From NCBI GenBank assembly GCA_965153355.1, contig OZ231126.1:22816001-22880000 (forward strand): a DNA stretch of 64,000 nucleotides, written 5' to 3'. Source of the DNA: Flaccisagitta enflata. Lineage: Eukaryota. Positions 53,901 through 64,000 of the stretch are shown here, piece after piece. The number at the start of each line of letters is the position of its first letter. The stretch's first letter is position 1. A program made the position numbers and the translations under genes. The notes below the pieces were generated by a model. It was given only the letters and a program-made list of their open reading frames with translations. It searched no databases and was not told the origin of the DNA.

Positions 53901-53990
53901 TGAAGCAAACCTTACGCGATCCCAAAATGTAGCAGTCGCGGTCGCAGTCAAATACCACCATTACAAATAATTGTGAGGTTGTCATGGTCT

Positions 53991-54053
<63 letters not shown>

Positions 54054-54166
54054 ACACTAACATCAACACTATTGAAAATGCTTTTAGCCAGAAGTTCGAT
54101 GATTTTTTCTTGGAGAAGCTCCAACCCAGACATTATCACGGTCCTAAGTTCAATGACTTTCAAAAA

Positions 54167-54780
54167 TTGTTATTGTCCCATGATATTGTCATTGTCCCAT
54201 TGTTATTGTCCCATTGTTATTGTCCCATTGTTATTGTCCCATTGTTATTGTCCCATTGTTATTGTCCCATTGTTATCGTCCCATTGTTATCGTCCCATAG
54301 TTATCGTCCCATAGTCGTTGTCCCATAGTCGTTGTCCCATAGTCGTTGTCCCATAGTCGTTGTCCCATTGTCGTTGTCCTATTGTCGTTGTCCCATTGTC
54401 GTTGTCCCATAGTCGTTGTCCCATAGTCGTTGTCCCATTGTCGTTGTCCCATTGTCGTTGTCCCATTGTCGTTGTCCCATTGTCGTTGTCCCATTGTCGT
54501 TGTCCCATTGTCGTTGTCCCATTGTCGTTGTCCCATTGCAGGTGTCCCATTGTCGGTGTCCCATTGTCGGTGTCCCATTGTCGGTGTTCCATAGTCATTG
54601 TCCCATAGTTGTTGAGTCGTTGTGTTGTTGTCCAATAAATGTTGTCCCATAGTCGTTGTCTCATAGTCGGTGTCCCATAGTCGTTGTCCCATAGTTGTAG
54701 TCCCATAGTTGTAGTCCCATAGTCGTTGTCCCAAAGTCGTTGTCCCATAGTCGTTGTCCCATTGTCGTTGTCCCATAATG
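54167..54780. repeat. 15-bp minisatellite (TTGTCCCATTGTCG-type)
   Basis: Directly visible. Confidence 0.9.
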
Positions 54781-55255
54781 ATTATAGACATTCCTACTTG
54801 TCCCAGGGACTATCAATGACACTTGTGCCAGGAACAATCCATGACACTCCAGGGACAATATATGACACTTGTCCAAGGGAAAATCCATGATACTTGTTCA
54901 AAGTTCAATCCGTGATATTTCTACCATGTTGCCTGTACCAGGGACAATCCACTTGTTGCATGTCCGTGGGGACAAAGCATAAATCACTTTTGTCCTCATA
55001 TTACATCATTTTAATACAGTTAATCATGCGACAATGATTTTTTCATTGAAGTTTGATGATTTTTCCTTGGAGAAGTTTTAGACCTGATAATGTTAAGTGG
55101 CCACGTCACGTGACCACGACACGTGACCACGACACGTAACCACCAAACTCATTTGATGATCCCTTCAACCGATCGCGTCAAAAGATCGCGTCACATGACC
55201 ACGTCAAATCCCTCAATACCACCGCTACAAATAATTGTGAGTTTGTCAAGGTCTT

Positions 55256-55329
<74 letters not shown>

Positions 55330-55406
55330 CAAACCTGACGCGATCCCAAAATGTTGCAGTCGCGGTCGCGGTCGCGGTCAAAAATCATCGAAGTTCGATG
55401 ATTTTT

Positions 55407-57306
55407 AGTCGCGTGCACGCGACTCTATAACCCGCTCTGTCGGTCCGTCGGTCGGTCGGTCGGTCCGTCCGTCCGTCCGTAACACTTTGCTTTTTTTGTT
55501 GTTTTACATCATTTTAGGGTATTTTATGTCATTTTTAGTCATTTTAAGTCATTTTAAGTTATTTCCAGTCATTTTCAGTTAATTTTAGTCACTTAAGTCA
55601 TTTTGTCATTTTTTGTCATTTTTGTCATTTTATGTTATTATAAGTCATTTTAAGTCATTCTTAGTCATTCTAAGTTATTTTAAGTCATTCTAAGTCATTA
55701 CAAGTCATTCTAAGTCATTCTAAGTCACTCTAAGTTATTTTTTGGCTTTTGAAGTTTTTGGTAACACTTTGCCTTTTTGCATCGTTTTTGGTCAATTTGG
55801 GTCGTCTGGAGTTATTTTGAGTCATTTATTTGTTGTTTTTGGTCATTTTTGGTTGCTTTTGGTCATTTTTGGTTGCTTTTAGTCATTCTTGGTCATTTTG
55901 ATCATTTATGTCACTTTGTTCATTTGTGTCATTTATGGGCATTTCAAATAGTTTTAAGTCTTTTTACGTCATTTTGGAACATTTCAGGTCATTTTTGGTC
56001 ATTTAACATAGTTTTTTGGTTTTTGTCTTTTTTGGTTTTTGTTTTTTAGTTTTTTTTGTTTTTTGGTTTTGGGTTTTTGGGTCTTTTTTTCTCTGTTTTT
56101 TTTTTTTTTTTTGGTCATTTATGTTTTTTGGTATGTTATGGTCATTTATGTTTTTTGGTATGTTTTTGTCATATATGTCATTTCAAGTCTGCTGGTTTAA
56201 GTCTGCTGGTTTAAGTCTGCTGGTTTGAGTCTGCTGTTTGAAGTCTGCTGTTTTAAGTCTGCTGTTTTAAGTCTGCTGGTTTAAGTCTGCTGGTTTAATT
56301 CCGCTGGTTTAAGTCCGCTGGTTTAAGTCCGCTGGTTTAGGTAGGCTGGTTTAAGTCGGCTGGTTTAAGTCGGCTGATTTAGGTCTGCTGGTTAAGGTCT
56401 GCTGGTTTAGGTCTGCTGGTTAAGTCTGCTGGTTTAAGTCTGCTGGTTTAAGTCTGCTGGTTTAAGTCTGCTGGTTTAAGTCTGCTGGTTTAAGTCTGCT
56501 GGTTAAAGTCTGCTGGTTAAAGTCTGCTGGTTAAAGTTGGCTGGTTTAAGTCGGCTGGTTTAAGTTGGCTGGTTTAAGTTGGCTGGTTTAAGTCAGCTGG
56601 TTTAAGTCTGCTGGTTTAAGTCTGCTGGTTCAAATCTGCTGGTTTAAGTCTGCTGGTTTAAGTCTGCTGGTTTAAGTCTGCTGGCTTAAGTCTGCTGGTT
56701 TAGATCTGCTGGTTTAAGTCTTCTGGTTTAAGTCAGCTGGTTTAAGTCTGCTGGTTTAAGTCTGCTGGTTTAAGTCTGCTGGTTTAAGTCTGCTGGTTTA
56801 AGTCTGCTGGTTTAAGTCTGCTGGCTTAAGTCTGCTGGTTTGGGTCTGGTTTAAGTCAGGTTTAAGTTTGGTTTAAGTATGGTTTAAGTCTGGTTTAAGT
56901 CTGATCTAAGTCTGATTTAAGTCTGGTTTAAGTCTGGTTTAAGTCTGGTTTGAGTCTGGTTTGAGTCAGGTTTAAGTCTGGTTTGAGTCTGCTTTAAGTC
57001 TGGTTAAAGTCTGGTTAAATTCTGGTTTAAGTCTGGTTCATGTCTGATTTATGTCGGGTTTAGGTCTGGTTTAGATCTGGTTTATGTCTGGTTTATGTCT
57101 GGTTTAGGTCTGGTTTTGGTCTGGTTTAGGTCTGGTTTAATTCTGGTTTGAGTCTGGTTTGAGCCTGGTTTGAGTCTGGTTTGAGTCTGGTTTGAGTCTG
57201 GTTTGGGTCTGGTTTAAGTCTGATTTTTGATAAAAAGATAAAAAAAGGAGTCAGGTCAGTTCAGTCATTTTTGTCCTGCACGCGACTTATAGGTGTTGGC
57301 CTTGTT
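55407..57306 (+). mobile_element. Family-1 Helentron-like element expanded to 1.9 kb by internal satellites (GTCATTTT; 14-bp GTCTGCTGGTTTAA; 11-bp GTCTGGTTTAA)
   Basis: Perfect 5' palindrome agtcgcgtgcacgcgact and 3' gcacgcgact...ggccttgtt. It splits the host unit gttcgatgattttt|ccttggagaagctcc. Confidence 0.8.
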
Positions 57307-58628
57307 CCTTGGAGAAGCTCCAACCCATGTACCCAGACATTGTCGCGGTCGCGGTCGCGATCAAAAATCATCGAAGTTCGATGATATTTCTTTGGAGAAG
57401 CTCCAACCCAGACATTGTCGCGGTCCTGAGTTCAATGATTTTCAAAAATCATCGAAGTTCGATGATTTTTTACTTGGAGAAGCTCCAACCCAGAAATGTC
57501 GGGTACCTAAGTTTTGCCTGCTTAAAAAATCCGATTGCCGACTGCCAACTGTTACTTCATCAACCTTCTCACCATACAATTCTCAGTATTCCACTCTTTT
57601 CCATCCCATCCAATCCTGTTCCATCTCATCCAACCCCATGTAATCCTATTCCATTCCATCCCATTCCATCCCGTTCCATCCCATTACATTACCTTCCAGT
57701 TGTTTTCCGAGTTTGCCATTTGCCATTTGCCACATACTCCCTTTCGATCCATCGTATTTCTAGTACAATTCAGCGCGCTTTCAGTTATCCAATATACAAA
57801 TTACTTCATCTTGAATCAACATCATAAAGTTTGATTCATTCTCATTTTGATTTATTCTAATAAATTTCATCGATCTATCCATGTGGCTTCATTTGATAGT
57901 TTCCCCACATTTTTTTATCTACATTTTTATCCACATTTTTATCCTCATTTTTATCTATTTTCTTGACTCCTTCAATCCAAACAAGCGTTCAAACCATCTC
58001 TCGGGCTCTCATTGTAGTGTTGCACTACCAATTGACGTTGTTTCCCTTAAAAAATGGCTTGCTCTTTCATAGTTCTTCGACGCCGCCTTTGGCATCCACT
58101 CGGGCGATCAGTGCCGCAATACCAAACGTGAAATGGTAGTGTACCATTACGCGATTCTCCCCCTTCAGAATGGCTTTCACTTTCACGGTTCCTTCAACAT
58201 GATATTTGTCCTTTACCACAGCGAATTGTATACCACTACCATTTTGAATTTCTTCCTCCATGAATGACTTTTTCTATCTCGATTCCTCAAACATAACTTT
58301 TGTCATTCACTTCAATGATTAGCATTACACATCCATCATACGTTTCTACTACTCAAGAATTACTTTTCCTTTCACGGTCCTTTCAACATTTCCGATTTTG
58401 CCATTGTCATCTACTCCAGCGACAAGTGTCGAGCTACCTTTTCAAATCTTTTCCCCTCATGAATGTCATCCCTTCGGCAGTTCTTTAAATATCACCTTTG
58501 TCATCCACTTCAACCATCGATGTCCCGCTACCGTCTCACAACCCCCGCCCCTCCCTTCCGATTTCCTCGGCATTTCTTTGCAGGAACAAGTTTCACGTTT
58601 ACTTCAACGCCGCCATTTTCTCTCCCTA

Positions 58629-59242
58629 CTATCTAGAACAAAAGTATATCGGCAAGATAATTATCTGGCTGTTAATTCATCAAATGACTAGAAAAAACAT
58701 AATTTGATCTTTGAGATTCTTTGTATGTATCTTGTGAACAACAATAACGGGCAAAATAGTCTTTATTTGCTCTTGAAGAGATATTTTGAGAAAGGATGAC
58801 GCGGTCTTCCCTCACACCTTGAGAGGAGATTTTTTTTTATCCATATCAAACGATGCGCGATACCTTCTCCTTAGCTGCTTACTTACCAACCATCAGATCT
58901 ATAACTGAGTTTGGAGTGACCATGGAAATGAGGAGGCGATCCTATGGCATCATTGTGGCAGCCTAAAAGTAGGACAACAACCTTAAACTAAAAAAAACAA
59001 ACACTTGTACAAGTACCAAAAGCGACAAGAAATAGAATATGATTTTTCAGCCATTTTCATTTGAAGTAGCATTCTTGTTTTGCCCATCATTTCCAAACGG
59101 ATTGGGCTACAAGAACGCGGTTGGTGGCACTAGATCACAAATTCGATGTAGTTTCAGAATCTCACCGATTTTTATATGATTTTTTTATTTCTAGCAGAGA
59201 TATGACCCAAAACGCTCGCCGATATACATATGTTCTAGATAG
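58629..59242. mobile_element. 614 bp MITE, TA TSD, CTATCTAG TIR family
   Basis: TA|ctatctagaacaaaagtatatcggc ... gccgatatacatatgttctagatag|TA. Confidence 0.8.
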
Positions 59243-59298
59243 TAATAAAATTCGTTCAAAGAGAGAGAAAGAGAGAGAGAGAGAGAGGGAAAGAGAGA

Positions 59299-59411
<113 letters not shown>

Positions 59412-59671
59412 TGATAACGATCCAAACAAAAAGGCAAATAACGACGCCGAAGTCGTACTAAAAGCCCCCATAAACGGAGGAAATAAGGACGCAGAAGTTC
59501 CCATAAGAAGACGAAATAATCCCACTTTAAATGGTTTTATGATTTTGGCAGCGTGTTGAAGCAAACCATCAGAAGAGAGAAAAAAATCATCACTGAAAAG
59601 AAGAAATAAGAAATTGAAGGGAGAAAGAGGAGATTAAAGAAGGAAGCGCTAAGATCTCTTTAAAAAAAAAG

Positions 59672-59777
<106 letters not shown>

Positions 59778-60107
59778 GACAGAGACAGAGAACGAGACAG
59801 AGACAGAGACAGAGACAGAGACAGAGACAGAGAGACAGAGACAGAGACAGAGATAGAGACAGAGACAAAGAGAGAGAGAGAGGCGGAAGTGCGGATGTAT
59901 TAAGGGGAGGAATATCAGAGGAAAGAAGGTCATTAAGGCAGCGGCAATGGCGATGAAGTAACAAAATAAAATGAAGAAATTTCCTTAACGACGTTTTTTG
60001 CGCGGAAAAGAGTTTCTTCTAACGATCTTCTTTCCAGTTGCGGACACGCAACTCTATAAGAGGCTTTGTCTGTCCGTCCGTCGGTTCGTCCGTCCGTCCG
60101 TCCGTCC

Positions 60108-60775
60108 GTGATTTAGGAGTATGGGTGGTTTTAGGGGTGTCGGTGATGGTGATTTGGGGGTTTTGGGTGGTGGTTGGGTATATAACGCCTCTAGTATGCC
60201 AAAACCACCCATAGTGTTGGTGATTTAGGAGTTTGGGTGGTTTTAGGGGTGTCGGTGATGGTGATTTGGGGGTTTTGGGTGGTGGTTGGGTATATAACGC
60301 CTCTAGTATGCCAAAACCACCCATAGTGTTGGTGATTTAGGAGTTTGGGTGGTTTTAGGGGTGTCGGTGATGGTGATTTGGGGGTTTTGGGTGGTGGTTG
60401 GGTATATAACGCCTCTAGTATGCCAAAACCACCCATAGTGTTGGTGATTTAGGAGTTTGGGTGGATTTAGGGGTGTCAGTGATGGTGATTTGGGGGTTTT
60501 GGGTGGTGGTTGGGTATATAACGCCTCTAGTATGCCAAAACCACCCATAGTGTTGGTGATTTAGGAGTTTGGGTGGTTTTAGGGGTGTCGGTGATGGTGA
60601 TTTGGGGGTTTTGGGTGGTGGTTGGGTATATAACGCCTCTAGTATGCCAAAACCACCCATAGTGTTGGTGATTTAGGAGTTTGAGTGGTTTTAGGGGTGT
60701 CGGTGATGGTGATTTGGGCGTTTTGGGTGGTGGTTGGGTATATAACGCCTCTAGTATGCCAAAACCACCCATAGT
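60108..60775. repeat. 112-bp G-rich tandem repeat, 6 copies
   Basis: Directly visible; identical ORFs in the track recur at 112-bp offsets. Confidence 0.95.
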
Positions 60776-60850
60776 GGTCCGTCCGTCTGTCCGTTCGTTC
60801 ATCCGTCGGTCCGTGAGCATGAGTCGAAAAGTGGGAAAACAAGTGTTTTA

Positions 60851-61461
60851 CCATCTAGCTCATAAATATACGGACAGCTGGATAAAAATTTGTATTTTGA
60901 CTAACTGAATGAAATATATATTCCAATAAATCTATTTTTAGTAATTATATAGTATTTTGATCTAGCAAGTACTTCTGTATCAAGTTTATTTTTGATTAGT
61001 CTATGATTTTTCGACTTGAATCGGTGTATCCTTAATTTTTCAGTAAGCAACAAAAAATCATTGACTTTTTGTTTGTTATCTTTTGATATAAAATAATTCT
61101 AGAGCAATATATCTAACTACAGCCTTCAATTTCTTCAATATTCAAAATATTTGGTAAAAATATGACCTAATGAGGTCAAGCAGAATGATTTTTGCCAATC
61201 CATTTGGAATTAGGAGCTTTTTTAATGGACATTGTTATTTAATGATTTCAACTAAAAACCTCTTTATTCAATTTTGGTAAAATGACAATTTTTCTTCAAA
61301 ACGCTGTCATTTGAAAATGGATTGAGCTACTGAGCTTTGCTTGGTCTTGAATGGAAGATTTTTTGTCATAGTTTGTTGATCTGCTTTCATTTTTCTATTA
61401 GATATCGAAGTTTAGCTGCTATAAATATGAGTAGGTGTCCGTATATTTATGAGCTAGATAG
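60851..61461. mobile_element. 611 bp MITE, TA TSD, C(C/T)ATCTAG TIR family
   Basis: TA|ccatctagctcataaatatacggaca ... tgtccgtatatttatgagctagatag|TA. Confidence 0.8.
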
Positions 61462-61954
61462 TAGAAGTTTTTTGTGTATGTGTCTGTATTGGAAGTGGGT
61501 TTGGGTGGGGCGTTGGGTGTGAATGTGGGTTGGCTGTCCCTGCCTACCCGTCCGCAAAGATATCGTGACCCGGCGTCACTTGTTCTTCACTCGCTTACTT
61601 CTTCTTTTCTTGAGAATTTTGTTCATCCTCAGGAGATATTCATACCCTTATCCGTATTTATCGCAATGGCCAAATTCTGTTTTATTTTATCTATCGCAAT
61701 TCACTATTGCAATTTAGTTATTTAGTCAAAGCGTTTTAAAGGAGAAGCCTCATGACCAATAATCTATAACCATTGTCATTATAATAGTATGAAGCTGAGA
61801 GTATGTCAAATATAGTCAACCTAGTGAGTTAAAGAATATCAATTTTCATGTTAGGCTTTTTCATGCGTCTATTTTGCGCGTTTAACCTTGACGTCATTTC
61901 GCCGCTGTATAAAAGTTGTATGTGACTGAGTATGTTTTTGTGTGTTTTTGTGTG

Positions 61955-62050
<96 letters not shown>

Positions 62051-62088
62051 CGGGCTTGTACTTGCTGAGGTCTTTTCTCTCTCTCTCC

Positions 62089-62203
<115 letters not shown>

Positions 62204-62230
62204 TTTTTTTCTTTCTTTCTTTCTTTCTTT

Positions 62231-62333
<103 letters not shown>

Positions 62334-62629
62334 TCCCATTTTCTGGTTTTCCCCCTCTCTCGTGCTGCTGGCAGTCATTCCCCATGACGTACGAGGTGAT
62401 CAATCCCGGGCTGCTGCCGCCAAAGGAGGAAACGACCTCGTATAACCGAAACACACGCCATAGAATTCTCTTCCAAGCACCATAGAACACACCATAGAAA
62501 TGCCGGCGACCGCGCGTCTCATACAAATTTGGCTATTGCAAAAATGAGGCGAGGGTGCAACGCTCGCTTTCAATAACAACAACAACGAAAACACGACGAC
62601 AAAACACCCTGGAATCGTATAATGGAGCC

Positions 62630-63130
<501 letters not shown>

Positions 63131-63562
63131 AAACAAACGACGACGACGAGCCGTCAGTAAACCCCTCCGGGATCGAATCTTATTATGACGCCACCCGCAA
63201 CAACAATTTGGTTTAACGTACAGGAGCGTACAGGAGCGCATGTCAAGGGACTGAACAAAACATGCCTTATCTGATATTATCTCCGATGGGCGATTATGCC
63301 TTAACAGCTTTACACTTCAGCGATTCTCCGCTCAATAGCCAAATAGCCAATATCGTCCCCATTTAGTAAATGCATTTACATCCTCCATTGAGTAGGTTAA
63401 ACGATGAAATTGTGTGATGTACTGTGGAGACAATTGAGTCTTTGACCAAGTGCCACAGATGTTTGGAGATTGATAAATGATAAGTGGAACAATATCCCTC
63501 ACTATACCCAAACTGAAATTGATGGAAGAGAGCCTTGTGAACCCTCACTGACTAGTTAATAC

Positions 63563-63745
63563 TAGAGATGCAGAAGCGGAAGCGGAAGCGGAAGCGGGTG
63601 GAAGCGGTAGTTTGAGCTTGGAAGCGGAAGCGCAATTTTGAAATCAAGTGGAAGCGGGAGCGGAAGCAAAATTTTTTTTGAGGCCTAATAGAAGCGGAAG
63701 CGGAAGCGAAAGGACATAATCAAGCGCTTCCGCTTCCGCTTCCAC
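63563..63745. mobile_element. Probable left end of a hAT-like element with (GAAGCG)n subterminal repeats and a hairpin
   Basis: TAGAGATG start, GAAGCG arrays and an inverted CGCTTC array; the right end is not seen in the window. Confidence 0.4.
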
Positions 63746-64000
63746 TTCAGATCCTGACAATATTTTGACAGTAATCTTGCCAGTTTTAATGATACTTATT
63801 CTAGTATAATTTATTCATTTTTTGTTTGTTTCTTTTCTTTTGGTATTATCATTTTTTTATTGCTTTTGTATATTTTTCCTTCATCTGCACAGTCGCCCAG
63901 AGCTTGACGCCAGTTGACCTGAAATGATCGTCACCAACTTCAGTGATTTCATGACCCTGATGGTGCATAGATTACATTTCTAGAAAAAATGAAATCTGTT

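Larger units (their letters stand above)
60036..61584 (+). mobile_element. Family-1-related Helentron-like element carrying a 112-bp tandem array and a nested MITE
   Basis: 5' palindrome agttgcggacacgcaact, GTCC microsatellite and 3' hairpin gtgacccggcgtcac-ttgtt. The same subfamily occurs at 28437-28680 (-). Confidence 0.7.

Noticed and set aside
60108-60775. Telomere or interstitial telomeric array
   Set aside because: The TTAGGG-like motif occurs only once or twice per 112-bp unit, inside a mobile element.

Overview
This is repeat-dense eukaryotic (animal, probably invertebrate) genomic DNA, and most ORFs in the supplied track are microsatellite artefacts. Reading splice sites by hand gives four minus-strand genes for secreted proteins between 21.8 and 41.2 kb. 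One is a 2-exon gene with a signal peptide, a VWA domain and a ZP module, carrying a polyQ insert and no membrane anchor. The other three are tandem paralogues encoding a divergent, Cys-bearing F5/8-type-C (discoidin)-like domain: one is fused to a C-type lectin exon, one is disrupted by a MITE and one is intact. The rest of the window holds a 5'-truncated CR1/L2-group LINE, Penelope, RLE-retrotransposon and Tc1 remnants, many Helentron-type non-autonomous elements (HINE/DINE-1-like) and several MITE families. Two of the TIR elements have asymmetric, RSS-like CAC ends. A ~14.5 kb block (43.0-57.5 kb) of related minisatellites is bounded by inverted palindromic modules. All family calls rest on motif recognition only; no database search was run.
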